A DNA stretch of 64,000 nucleotides from Polyangiaceae bacterium (GCA_035063585.1 JAPSGB010000008.1:64001-128000), one strand, 5' to 3'. Counted from the first letter of the stretch, positions 40,454 to 50,013 are shown. Numbers and translations are program-made. Notes: a model not told the origin generated them from the sequence alone.

Positions 40454-41011
40454 GTGTCTCGCCGCGGCGCCGCCCTGACCGTGCTCGCGTGCGTGCTCGC
40501 GGCAGGCTGCGGCGGTTCCGCGCCGCCCCGACCAGAAGGCCCACCGGTCGCGCTCGGCGAGCCGGTGGTCTTCGCCTGGGGGACCACCGATGGCGCGGAG
40601 CTGTCGAGCGCGACCACCCGCGGCCGGGCGACCGCGCTGCTCTTCGTGACGACCTACGACGCCGCGTCGCAGGTGGCGGCTCGACGGCTCGACGAGGCGA
40701 TCCGGCGATTCGTCCCGCGCGCGAACGCGGGCGCCATCATCTTGGAGCCGCCCAAGAACGCGGTGCTGGCCGACGTGTTCCGCTCGACGCTCGAGCTCGC
40801 CTATCCGGTCGCGATCGCCGACCAGGCGACGCTCGGCGGAGCGGGTCCGTTCGGGCGGATCGACCGCGTCCCGACCCTCGTCATCCTCGACCGCTCGGGC
40901 CGGGTGAGCTCCGCGCGAGCCGGGGCGGCGACGCCGCGCGAGATCGAAGCGGCCTTGCGAGCCGCGTCGGAACAGGGTCGAGTGTCGGGTGAAGGAGGGA
41001 ACCGCCCATGA
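40454..41011 (+). CDS. TlpA/thioredoxin-fold-like lipoprotein lacking CxxC
   Basis: Lipobox LAAG-C; RGRATALLFVTTYDAASQ, YPVAIAD, VPTLVILDRSGRV. Confidence 0.7.
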   Translation: MSRRGAALTVLACVLAAGCGGSAPPRPEGPPVALGEPVVFAWGTTDGAELSSATTRGRATALLFVTTYDAASQVAARRLDEAIRRFVPRANAGAIILEPPKNAVLADVFRSTLELAYPVAIADQATLGGAGPFGRIDRVPTLVILDRSGRVSSARAGAATPREIEAALRAASEQGRVSGEGGNRP

Positions 41012-41814
41012 GCTTTCGACGACTCGAGCGCGTCCCGGCGTGGCGCACGCTGGCGCTGCACGCCTGGCGTGCCCCGTCCGACCCGACCGTCTATGGCAGT
41101 CTCGAGCTCGATGCGCGCCCGGCGCTCGCGAAGCTCGACGAGCTCAGACGCGCGTCGGGTGAGCGCGTCACCTTGACCCACCTGGTCGGCAAGGCGATCG
41201 CGGTCGCCATCGCGGAGCGACCCGAGGTCAACGCCATCGTGCGGCGTGGCCGGATATACGTGCGAGACACCGTCGACGTCTTCTTCCAGGTGGCGTTCGA
41301 GGGCGGTGAGAACCTCGCGGGCGCGAAGCTCGAGCGCGTGAACGAGAAGTCCGTCGTCGAGCTCGCCCGTGAGCTCGGCGCGAGGGCGGCCCGGATCCGC
41401 GAGCGCCAGGACGATCCGACTCAGCTCATGACGTCGCGTCTGACCCGGCTGCCCCCGCTTGCGATGCGCGCGGCCATGAAGCTCGGGGAGAGCTTGTCTT
41501 ATGACCTCGGGCTCGATCTCTCGCGCTTCGGGCTCCCTTATGACGCCTTCGGCTCGGCCATGGTCACGAACGTGGGCGGCTTTGGGCTCAGCGTCGGCCA
41601 TGCCCCGCTCTTTCCGCCGTCGCGGGTGCCCGTCGTGCTCACGGTCGGCGCGGTCCGTGAGGCGCCCGCGGTGGAAGGTGACCGCGTCGTGGTTCGTCCG
41701 ACGCTGACCATCGGCGCCTCCTTCGATCATCGGCTCCTCGATGGTTTCCAGGCGGGTAAGCTCGCTCGACGTCTGCGCGAGGTGCTCGAGGGGCCAGGCC
41801 CCGAGCTCCGCTGA
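41008..41814 (+). CDS. Stand-alone 2-oxoacid dehydrogenase E2-type acyltransferase catalytic domain
   Basis: TLTHLVGKA, PEVNA, MVTNVG, FDHRLLDG; no lipoyl domain. Confidence 0.85.
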   Translation: MSFRRLERVPAWRTLALHAWRAPSDPTVYGSLELDARPALAKLDELRRASGERVTLTHLVGKAIAVAIAERPEVNAIVRRGRIYVRDTVDVFFQVAFEGGENLAGAKLERVNEKSVVELARELGARAARIRERQDDPTQLMTSRLTRLPPLAMRAAMKLGESLSYDLGLDLSRFGLPYDAFGSAMVTNVGGFGLSVGHAPLFPPSRVPVVLTVGAVREAPAVEGDRVVVRPTLTIGASFDHRLLDGFQAGKLARRLREVLEGPGPELR

Positions 41815-41971
41815 GCCGCCGCGCTCCCGAGCGCGAGCGGGTGCGCGCCGCGAGTTGGCCGCGGGGAGTCGCCACTTCATGGCGATGAATCCCCGCTCGG
41901 GCTATACCTCGGGTCGGCCCTTGGTCTAGAGTCCTGGGCGCGGTGCCGATGCTTGCCTTCAGGAGGATGAC

Positions 41972-42547
41972 GTGACCCATTCGTACTCTTTGCGACGGCT
42001 CGCCTGGTCGGTGACGTGGCTCGTCGCCGGTCTCGCCGCTGCTTCGTGCGCGGAGACCAGCAACAAGGGGCTCGGCTCCGGCGGCACCGGTGCGACGGGC
42101 GCCGGCGGCACCGGCGGCGGGCTCGGCGGCACTGGCGGCGGGCTCGGCGGCACCGGCGGCGGGCTCGGTGGCACCGGCGGCACCGGCGGCGGGCTCGGTG
42201 GCACCGGCGGCGGCTTCGGTGGCAGCGGCGGCGGCCTGTCGTGCGACCCGAACTTCTGCCCGACCAGCGGGCTCGGTCAGGCGTGCTGCACCGCGAGCAA
42301 TACCTGCGGCATCGACACCGGAACGGGATGCGTCGTGAACGCGGGTGACGGTGGCGGACTCGGCGGCGCGGCGGGCTCCGGAGGGAGCAGCGGGGGCGAT
42401 GGCGGAGGCGATGCCGCCACCGACGCTACGTCGGACGCCACCTCGGATGCGGCCCCGGACGCCACCTCGGATGCGGCTTCGGACGCCACTTCGGATGCGG
42501 CCTCGGACGCCACGCCGGACGTGTCGCTCGACGCGCCGGTCGACTGA
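41972..42547 (+). CDS. Low-complexity Gly/Asp-rich lipoprotein
   Basis: AGGAGG RBS, lipobox AAS-C, GGTGGGL repeats, six-Cys mini-domain, DA(T/A)S repeats. Confidence 0.7.
   Translation: MTHSYSLRRLAWSVTWLVAGLAAASCAETSNKGLGSGGTGATGAGGTGGGLGGTGGGLGGTGGGLGGTGGTGGGLGGTGGGFGGSGGGLSCDPNFCPTSGLGQACCTASNTCGIDTGTGCVVNAGDGGGLGGAAGSGGSSGGDGGGDAATDATSDATSDAAPDATSDAASDATSDAASDATPDVSLDAPVD
42410..42520 (+). repeat. 12-bp-period repeat encoding DA(T/A)(S/P) units
   Basis: GACGCCACCTCG/GATGCGGCCTCG-type units, about 9 copies. Confidence 0.8.
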
Positions 42548-42557
42548 CGCCGTCACC

Positions 42558-43631
42558 GTGGGCGCTCCCCTCGACGAGCCGCGGAGCGTTCGCGCGGGCG
42601 AAGAGCTCGGGCTCGCCTCGCTCACCGCGTACCTGCGCTCGGCGTTGCCGGAGCTAGCCCGGGCGAGCGCGCTCACCGTCGACCAATTCCCGAGCGGGCA
42701 CTCGAACCTCACCTACCTCGTCCGCGCCGGTGAGCGCGAGTATGTGCTCCGCCGTCCGCCGTTCGGCAGCAAGGTGAAGTCCGCGCACGACATGGGGCGC
42801 GAGTATCGGATCCTGTCGAAGCTCCACGCAAAGTACCCGCTCGCGCCCGAGCCGCTCGTGTACTGCGAGGACGAGGGCGTCCTCGGCGCGCCGTTCTACC
42901 TCATGCGGCGCATCCGCGGGCTCATCCTGCGGAGGGACCTCCCCCCCGGCGTGTCGTGCTCGCCGACCGAAGTCCGCCGACTGCACGAGGCGCTCGTCGA
43001 CAACCTCGCGCGGTTGCACGCGCTCGACTACGAGCGCGCCGGACTGGGCGAGCTCGGGCGCCCCTCCGGCTACGTCGCGCGCCAGGTCGCCGGCTGGACG
43101 GCGCGCTATGCGGCCTCCCAGACGGACCAGATCGCAGCGCTCGACGAGGTGGCGGCTCGGCTCGCTCGCGAGCTGCCCGCCGAGGGCCGCCCGGCGCTCA
43201 TCCACAACGACTACAAGCTCGACAACCTGGTACTCGACGCGGACGATCCGACCCGCATCGTCGGGGTCCTCGACTGGGAGATGAGCACGCTCGGCGAGCC
43301 GCTCATGGACCTCGGCACGAGCCTCTCTTACTGGGTCGAGCGTGACGATGGCGAGGCACTCCAGCGCCTCCGCTCGGGGCCGACCAGCCTGCCCGGTAGT
43401 CTGACGCGAGGCGAGCTTGCCGCGCGCTACGCCGACCAATCGGGCCGGGAGCTTTCCGCCGTCGTGTGGTTCTATGGTTTCGGGCTCTTCAAGACAGCCG
43501 TCGTGCTCCAGCAGATCTACTACCGCTTCGTGCAGGGCCTGACTCGCGACCCGCGCTTCGCGTCGCTCGGTGAGGGCGTGCGCGCGCTCGCCGGGCGCGC
43601 GCGTGAGGCGCTCGAGCAGGGCGCGCTCTGA
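42558..43631 (+). CDS. APH-like phosphotransferase family protein (ACAD10/11 N-terminal-like)
   Basis: [42 protein letters not shown]. Confidence 0.9.
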   Translation: MGAPLDEPRSVRAGEELGLASLTAYLRSALPELARASALTVDQFPSGHSNLTYLVRAGEREYVLRRPPFGSKVKSAHDMGREYRILSKLHAKYPLAPEPLVYCEDEGVLGAPFYLMRRIRGLILRRDLPPGVSCSPTEVRRLHEALVDNLARLHALDYERAGLGELGRPSGYVARQVAGWTARYAASQTDQIAALDEVAARLARELPAEGRPALIHNDYKLDNLVLDADDPTRIVGVLDWEMSTLGEPLMDLGTSLSYWVERDDGEALQRLRSGPTSLPGSLTRGELAARYADQSGRELSAVVWFYGFGLFKTAVVLQQIYYRFVQGLTRDPRFASLGEGVRALAGRAREALEQGAL

Positions 43632-43816
43632 GGCGGGGCGTCGCTCCGCGAGCGGCGCGCTCGCGTGCCGGCGGCGGCGCCCCGGCGCGCGTGCGGAGCA
43701 GCATCATATGAGTGGTAATAGGGGAGTAAATGAGGTGTTCCGTAGTTCGCTGAGAGCCGGCGCTCCCGATTCCGGGTGGGCTGCCTGGCCTCGTGATGAT
43801 ATCGTCGTGGGCCATC

Positions 43817-45091
43817 ATGACGGACGAATCCGCGACTCCTGAGGGCAGCGTTCGTCCAGCTCCCAAGCTCGAGCCGGGGGAGGTGGTGGCCGGGAACTAC
43901 CGGATCCGCGAGCTCATCGGAGAGGGCGGCATGGGCTCTATCTTCGATGCGACCGACGAGCTCCTCCAGCGGCGGGTGGCGCTGAAGCTGCCGTTCACCG
44001 AGGAGGGGAGCGTGGCGCTGATGCTGGAGGCGCGCGCGCTCGCCGCGCTGGCGCACCCGCACCTGCCGATGATCTTCGGCGCGGGCGTCACCGGCGGGCT
44101 GAACTACGTGGTGATGGAGCGCTTGCGGGGCGAGTCGCTCGAACGCCACCTCGAGGCGCGCCGCGCGCGTCATGAGCCCTTCAGCGTGCTCGGCGTGGTT
44201 CGTCTGCTCGGGACCATCGCCGACGTGCTCCACGCCATCCACGAGGCTGGCATTCTTCACCGCGACGTCAAGCCGGCCAACGTGATGCTGGTGCCCGGCC
44301 GCGGGCCCGTGCTCATCGACTTCGGCCTGGTGGTGCCGCGAGCCACCGCCCACGGCGATCGAACGGTGAGCGGCTCGCCACACTACATGGCGCCCGAGGT
44401 GATCACGGGCGCCGTGAGCCGTGGAAACGGCCGCCAGGTGGATCTCTATTCGTTCGGAGTCATGGCCTTCGAGCTCCTCGCGGGCGTGCCTCCGTTCTCC
44501 GCCGATGAGCTGCACGCGCTCTTGCGCATGCACGTCGAGGCCCCGGTGCCCGACGTCCGGCTGCTCCGCCCCGACGCGCCCGCGGCGCTCGCGACGCTGA
44601 TCTCGGAGCTGATGCGGAAAGAGCCGGGCCAGCGTCCCGAGTCCGCGGAGGAGGTCCGCTGGGAGCTCGGCCGTATCGACCATCAACTCGCGGCGAGGGA
44701 GGTCGGCGTGGAGCCGCAGGTGGTCGTGGTGACCGCGCTCGAGCCGCTCGCGCGGGGCCTCGCCGATGACGTCAAGGGGTGGGTTCGCGGCGCGGACGTG
44801 AAGCTCTTCACCGAAGCGCCCGCGGCGCTCGCGCATCTCGAGGCCCGCCGGCCTCGGCTCGTGCTGCTCGACACCAAGCTCCAGGGGGTGAGCGCCGCGG
44901 AGCTCTTGATGCAGCTCGAGAGCTTCCCGAACCCGCCGCCCGTGGTGGCGCTCGCGCTCGATCTCAAGCCGGAGGACGCCCGGGTGCTCGGTAAGCTCGG
45001 GGTGGTTTGCTGTCTACCCATCGGCAAGCAGCTCGCCGCGCTGCTCGAGCCGAAGGTGCGGGGCGCGTTCGCGACCGCCGAGCCTGCGTGA
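43817..45091 (+). CDS. Ser/Thr kinase with C-terminal atypical receiver domain
   Basis: GEGGMG, VALK, HRDVKPAN, IDFG, YMAPE; C-terminal PRLVLLDTKLQGVSAAELL. Confidence 0.88.
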   Translation: MTDESATPEGSVRPAPKLEPGEVVAGNYRIRELIGEGGMGSIFDATDELLQRRVALKLPFTEEGSVALMLEARALAALAHPHLPMIFGAGVTGGLNYVVMERLRGESLERHLEARRARHEPFSVLGVVRLLGTIADVLHAIHEAGILHRDVKPANVMLVPGRGPVLIDFGLVVPRATAHGDRTVSGSPHYMAPEVITGAVSRGNGRQVDLYSFGVMAFELLAGVPPFSADELHALLRMHVEAPVPDVRLLRPDAPAALATLISELMRKEPGQRPESAEEVRWELGRIDHQLAAREVGVEPQVVVVTALEPLARGLADDVKGWVRGADVKLFTEAPAALAHLEARRPRLVLLDTKLQGVSAAELLMQLESFPNPPPVVALALDLKPEDARVLGKLGVVCCLPIGKQLAALLEPKVRGAFATAEPA

Positions 45092-45201
45092 GCGCGAGCC
45101 GCGCCGCCGGCCGCGCCGAATCGGCAAGGGTCACTCGAGCTCGCGCACAGGGAGGGTTGTCGGATCGGCGCGAGTCCGGGCCTGCTAGTTTTCCCGGCGT
45201 C

Positions 45202-46257
45202 ATGCCGACGGACCCCGGAGCCGCGCCGGGCGGAGCGCGAGGCGCGCCGCCGAAGGCGCTCGCGGAGCCCGAGCCCGGGCGGCTCGCCGCCGCGACCGCG
45301 CTGGCTCGTCGAACGCCGCCCCGAGCGCGGTGGCGGAACGTTCGCGCCGGCACCGCGGGCTGGACCGACCCCACGCTGACGAGCTCCGGTCTCTTCTACC
45401 CGCCATCGGCGGTGAGCGCGGCGGCGCGGCTCGGGTTCTACGCGAGCGCGTTCTCGCTCGTGGAGGTGGACGCGACCTACTACACGCTCCTCCCACCGTC
45501 GACCGCCGAGAAGTGGCTCGCGGCGTCGGCAGGCGATTTCGTCTTCGACGTGAAGGCGCACCCGGTGCTCACCGGGCACCCCATCGACGTCGGCCGCTTG
45601 CCGAGCGATCTGCGCGCCGAGCTCGAGCGCGCCGGCGCGCCACGGCGCGTGTACCCGGAGCGGCTCCCGCGCGCGCTCTCGTCGGAGATCGAGGCGCGGT
45701 TTCGCGCGCTCGTGCGCGTGCTCCACGACGCGAGGCGTCTCGGCTGCGTCATGCTCCAGCTCCCGCCGTGGGTCACCGCGACTCGGGGCGCCGCGCGGCG
45801 ACTCGAGGCGATCGCCGAGCGGTGGAGCGAGCTGCCACTCGCGGTCGAGTTCCGCCACCCGAGCTGGCTCGCCGACGAGCGACGCGAGCGCGTCTTCGAG
45901 CTGCTCGCGCGCCGGCGGCTCACTTACGTAGGCGTCGACGAGCCGGACGTGAAGGGTGGGGGAGTCCCGCCGGTCGTGCGGGTGACGCGCGAGGAGCTCG
46001 CGGTCGTGCGCTTCCACGGGCACAACGTCGCGGGCTGGCGCCCGGGCGCGAGCGTCACCGAGCGGTTCGACTATCTCTACGCGCCGCGCGAGCTCGATGC
46101 ATGGCAGGACCGAGTCCGTCGGCTCTCGGCCGAAGCACGCGAGGTGCACGTGGTCTTCAATAACTGCGTGCGTAACTACGCCGTGCTCGGTGCCCAGGGA
46201 CTCGCCGCGCTGCTCGCTGCGCCGGGCGCCGGTGGCGCTCAGCCGGAGGATCCGTAG
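45202..46257 (+). CDS. DUF72 family protein
   Basis: GTAGW, VEVDATYY, FDVKA, LQLPP, VEFRHPSW, VRFHG, VFNN. Confidence 0.88.
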   Translation: MPTDPGAAPGGARGAPPKALAEPEPGRLAAATALARRTPPRARWRNVRAGTAGWTDPTLTSSGLFYPPSAVSAAARLGFYASAFSLVEVDATYYTLLPPSTAEKWLAASAGDFVFDVKAHPVLTGHPIDVGRLPSDLRAELERAGAPRRVYPERLPRALSSEIEARFRALVRVLHDARRLGCVMLQLPPWVTATRGAARRLEAIAERWSELPLAVEFRHPSWLADERRERVFELLARRRLTYVGVDEPDVKGGGVPPVVRVTREELAVVRFHGHNVAGWRPGASVTERFDYLYAPRELDAWQDRVRRLSAEAREVHVVFNNCVRNYAVLGAQGLAALLAAPGAGGAQPEDP

Positions 46258-46679
46258 CGCGCCATGAGCTCGGCGGGGACGCGGCGCGGCTTGCCCGTCG
46301 CGAGCTCGATGAGCACCCAGGTGGTCGCTGCGCGCCCGAGCAGCGCGCCGTCCCGCTCGCGCCGGAGCAGGGTGCGCCGAAGCGAGGTCGCGCCGCGCAT
46401 CGACTCGACCCAGGTGAGCCCCACCAGCGACTCGCCCTCGAACGCCTGCCCGAGGTAGTCGAGCTCGTGTCTTCGCACCACCCAGAGCACACCGAGCTCG
46501 CGGTAGCGCTCGAGCCCGAGCCCGACCGAGCGTGAGTGCGCCGCGGCGAGCTCACCGACCCAGCGCACCCAGCTCACGTTGCCGGCGTGCCCGAGCTCGT
46601 CGATGTCCTCGGCGCGCACCGAGAAGCGGTGCGAAAACGCGTTCGCGGGAGGCTCCGGCTCGCCGACGTTCATCGCCAT
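46239..46679 (-). CDS. Acyl-CoA thioesterase (hotdog fold)
   Basis: EDIDELGHAGN, WVVRRHELDY, GKPRRVP. Confidence 0.85.
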   Translation of the reverse strand: MAMNVGEPEPPANAFSHRFSVRAEDIDELGHAGNVSWVRWVGELAAAHSRSVGLGLERYRELGVLWVVRRHELDYLGQAFEGESLVGLTWVESMRGATSLRRTLLRRERDGALLGRAATTWVLIELATGKPRRVPAELMARYGSSG

Positions 46680-46826
46680 GGTTCTCGGATACTACGAGTG
46701 CGAACGCGTCGACGCAGCGATTATCTCGGATGGAAATGTGTCGCGGACGAGGCCCGCGAGCTAGCTTCTCGAGCGGATGACGAAGAGACGGGCAAGGTCG
46801 TCAGGCGGCCGGGGCGCATCCTCGTG

Positions 46827-47594
46827 ATGCCGCTCCACGCGCGCAGCGGTGAGCCGATGACGCCGGAGGTCGCGGGGCTCCGCCGGCTCCGCGCCACCGC
46901 GCGCGAGGCGCTCGCGTTCGCGCGACAGGCGACGCTCCTCCACCTCGACACGCGCGAGGTGTGCCCGACCGAGGCGACCGTGGGAGCCGACGTGGTGGTC
47001 CTGGTCCACGGGCTCTTCGCCACCGCCGGGGTGCTCCGACCGCTCCGCGGTCACCTCGAGCGCGCGACCGGCGCCTCGACCGCGTCGTTCAGCTACGCGC
47101 CGGGGCCCGGCGTCGAGACGGTCGCCGCGCGGCTCGCCCGCCTGGTCGAGCGGCTCCCGACCGGGGTGCGGGTGCACCTGGTGGGCCACAGCCTGGGCGG
47201 CCTGGTCGCGCGCTGGTTCGTGCAGGAGCTCGGCGGCGATCCGCGCGTGGTCGAGACGGTGAGCTTGGCGAGCCCCTTCGCGGGGACGCGCCACGCGCGG
47301 CTGCTGCCCGCCGGCGCGGTGCGGGACATCGTGCCGGAGAGTCGGGTCCTCCGCCGCCTCGCGGAGAAGGCGCGCGCCCCGGCGGGCGTCCCCCACCTCA
47401 GCATCGTCGCCGGGGAGGATTCGGTGGTGACCGAGCACGCTGCGCTCGGCGGCGGTGACGAGGTGGTCATCGAGGGCGCCGGTCACAACGGGCTCCTCTA
47501 CGATCCGCGCGTCGCGGCGCTGGTCGCTTCCTGGATCGCGCGCCACCGCGCGCCTCCGGACGCCGCGGTTCCGCGCCGGACCGGCCCCACCTGA
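46827..47594 (+). CDS. Alpha/beta hydrolase (lipase/esterase)
   Basis: VLVHG, GHSLGG, SPFAGT, DSVV, GHNGLL. Confidence 0.85.
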   Translation: MPLHARSGEPMTPEVAGLRRLRATAREALAFARQATLLHLDTREVCPTEATVGADVVVLVHGLFATAGVLRPLRGHLERATGASTASFSYAPGPGVETVAARLARLVERLPTGVRVHLVGHSLGGLVARWFVQELGGDPRVVETVSLASPFAGTRHARLLPAGAVRDIVPESRVLRRLAEKARAPAGVPHLSIVAGEDSVVTEHAALGGGDEVVIEGAGHNGLLYDPRVAALVASWIARHRAPPDAAVPRRTGPT

Positions 47595-47674
47595 TGGTCT
47601 CGCGGCCGGCTCGCGAGTCCCGCTCCGGCAGGTCGGGCTGGTTTGCGCCGGGCCCCCGTGGTAGCTCGGCGCGC

Positions 47675-48253
47675 GTGCGCGTCGCCTCACGCTTCCGGAT
47701 TTTCCGCCGATCCCTCGCTGCGCTCGCGCTCGCCGCGACGCTCGGCTCGACGGCGAGCGCGCGCGCCGACGTGTCGTCGTGGCTCTACGTCGGCGCGGGG
47801 CCCTCGTGGGTGCGGAATAGCTCGGGCACCACGCTCCAGCCGTCGCTCCAGCTCGACACCGGGATGGGCTCGTCACCGGCCGAGCCGGTGGTGGTCGGCG
47901 GGCTCTTTCGGCTCTCGCCGCACCTCGGCCGCGGCTCGGACGTGGCGCTGCTCTTGCGCACCGCGTCGCGGGGCTTCGTCAACGGTGACTGGGGCGCCGC
48001 GCTCGATCTCGGTGGCTACGAGCGGTTCTGGGGCCAGGGTTCGGCCGGCTTCACCGGCTCGCTGGTGCTCGGCGGGCCGTGGGGCCTCACCATGAGCGGC
48101 GCCGGGAGCGTCGGCGCCCACGAGGGACGGAGCCTCGCGGTGGTCTTCGGGATCGATCTCGCGCGGCTCACCGTGTACCGCCGCACCGGCGGCGAGTGGT
48201 GGCCGAACCCGATTCAGCCCGGTCGGCCGAGCGCGGGTGGCGAGCGCCTCTGA
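47675..48253 (+). CDS. Secreted hypothetical protein, possible small beta-barrel
   Basis: Signal peptide ending ARA-D; Gly/aromatic amphipathic strands; start inferred. Confidence 0.6.
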   Translation: MRVASRFRIFRRSLAALALAATLGSTASARADVSSWLYVGAGPSWVRNSSGTTLQPSLQLDTGMGSSPAEPVVVGGLFRLSPHLGRGSDVALLLRTASRGFVNGDWGAALDLGGYERFWGQGSAGFTGSLVLGGPWGLTMSGAGSVGAHEGRSLAVVFGIDLARLTVYRRTGGEWWPNPIQPGRPSAGGERL

Positions 48254-48259
48254 GGGCGG

Positions 48260-49615
48260 TCAGAGCTTGGCGAGCGCGTCCACCAGCCGATCGAGATCGG
48301 CGCGGCGGTGCGTCTCGGTGACCGCGATGAGGAGGCGATCCTTCCATGCGGGCTCGACTCGCCCGAGATCGAGCCCGGCGATGATGCCTTGCTGCTCGAG
48401 CGCCTGGCAGACGCGCGCGGCGCTCCCGCCGCGGACGCGCACCGCGAACTCGTTGAAGAACGGCGCGGGCTCGAAGCCGCCCGAGTAGCCGTCGAGGTCG
48501 AGGATTCGGCCGCGGAGATACACCGCCTTGGCGAGACACTGCCGCGCGACCTCGACGAAGCCCCCTCGGCCGAGCATGCTCGCGCGGATGGCGAGCGCGG
48601 TCGCGATGAGCCCCTGGTTCGTGCAGATGTTGCTGGTGGCTCGCTCGCGCCGGATGTGCTGCTCGCGCGTCGAGAGCGTGAGCACGTACCCGCGTCGACC
48701 CTTGGTGTCGACCGTCTCGCCGCAGACCCGGCCGGGGAGCTGCTGGAGGTAGCTGCGCTCGTCGCGGCAGGCGAACAGCCCGACGCCCGGACCGCCGAAG
48801 TTCGGCGAGCAGGCGAGCGGCTGGCCCTCGCCGACCGCGATGTCCGCACCGAGCGCGCCGGGCGGCTCCACGACGGCGAGCGCGTAGGGCTCGCTGTTGG
48901 TCGCCACGAGGAGCGCGCCGCGGGCGTGCGCGAGCTCCGCGAGCGGTGAGAGCTCGGGCACGGGGCCAAGGAAGCTCGGGTAGCCGACGATGACCGCGGC
49001 GGTGTCGTCATCGAGCGCGGCGGCGATCACGGCCGCGTCGGCGCGCCCGTCGGTGCCGATCGGCACCGTGACGATGAGGGCGTCCGCGCGGCTGGCGAAA
49101 TAGGTGCGGATGGTCGCGCGGTAGTCCGGATGCACGCAGCCGCTCACCACGATCTTCTCACGGCGGGTGAGCCTTCGCGCCATGAGCGCGGCCTCGGCGG
49201 CAGCGCTCGCTCCGTCGTACACGCTCGCGTTGGCGAGCGGCAGCCCGTAGAGCTCGCTCACGATGGTCTGGAACTCCCAGATGATCTGGAGCGTGCCCTG
49301 CGCGACCTCCGGCTGATACGGCGTGTACGCGGTGTAGAGCTCGCTCCGGAGCAGGAGCTGATCCACCGCGGGTGGGATGTGGTGCGCGTACATGCCTCCG
49401 CCCAGGAACGACAGCATCCCGACCGCGGTGTCTCGCGCCGCCAACTCGCGCAGGTGCGTCATGAGCGCCGCCTCGTCGAGTGCCGGAGGGACCTCGAGCT
49501 TGCCCGAGAAGCGCGCCGCCTCGGGGATCGTCTCGAACAGCTCGTCGAGCGACGAGCGCCCGACGTAGCGGAGCATCTCGTCGATCTCTTCGGGCGTGTG
49601 GGGCAGGTAGCGCAT
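48260..49615 (-). CDS. gcvPA: Glycine dehydrogenase (decarboxylating) subunit 1
   Basis: MRYLPHT, TAYTPYQPEVAQG, ANASVYDG, REQHIRRERATSNICTNQ. Confidence 0.96.
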   Translation of the reverse strand: MRYLPHTPEEIDEMLRYVGRSSLDELFETIPEAARFSGKLEVPPALDEAALMTHLRELAARDTAVGMLSFLGGGMYAHHIPPAVDQLLLRSELYTAYTPYQPEVAQGTLQIIWEFQTIVSELYGLPLANASVYDGASAAAEAALMARRLTRREKIVVSGCVHPDYRATIRTYFASRADALIVTVPIGTDGRADAAVIAAALDDDTAAVIVGYPSFLGPVPELSPLAELAHARGALLVATNSEPYALAVVEPPGALGADIAVGEGQPLACSPNFGGPGVGLFACRDERSYLQQLPGRVCGETVDTKGRRGYVLTLSTREQHIRRERATSNICTNQGLIATALAIRASMLGRGGFVEVARQCLAKAVYLRGRILDLDGYSGGFEPAPFFNEFAVRVRGGSAARVCQALEQQGIIAGLDLGRVEPAWKDRLLIAVTETHRRADLDRLVDALAKL

Positions 49616-49620
49616 CCGGT

Positions 49621-50013
49621 CTAGGACTCCTTGATGAGCTGGTCGTAGGCGGCCGCGTCGAGGAGCTCACCGAGCCCACCCGAGACCTCGATCGCGATCA
49701 TCCAGCCCTTGCCCCAGCAGTCGTCGTTCACGAGCTCGGGCTTGTCGTCGAGCTCTCGATTGACCCGGGTGACCTTCCCGCTCACCGGCGCGAAGAGATC
49801 GCTCAGCGTCTTCACGCTCTCGATGGTGCCGAACGTCTTGTTCGCCTCGACGGTGTCGCCGGGCTTCACGTCCAGGCTGACCAGGGTGATGTCGCCGAGT
49901 TGATCGACGGCGTGCGCCGTCACGCCCACGACCAGCTCAGCGCCCTCCTCTTTCGCCCACTCGTGATCTTTCGTGTACTTGCGATCGGTCTTGATCTCGG
50001 TGCTCGCGCTCAT
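49621..50013 (-). CDS. gcvH: Glycine cleavage system H protein
   Basis: YTKDHEW, IESVK (lipoyl Lys), PVSG, PELVN. Confidence 0.96.
   Translation of the reverse strand: MSASTEIKTDRKYTKDHEWAKEEGAELVVGVTAHAVDQLGDITLVSLDVKPGDTVEANKTFGTIESVKTLSDLFAPVSGKVTRVNRELDDKPELVNDDCWGKGWMIAIEVSGGLGELLDAAAYDQLIKES

Noticed and set aside
41940..41960. Sigma54-like GGTGCCGATGCTTGC upstream of 41972
   Set aside because: GG-to-GC spacing is 11 nt instead of the required 10.
43700..43816. AT-richer spacer with TAATAGGGGA and CTGAGAG, reminiscent of cobalamin or TPP riboswitches
   Set aside because: The remaining conserved elements are missing; more likely a promoter region. An Rfam/Infernal scan would settle it.
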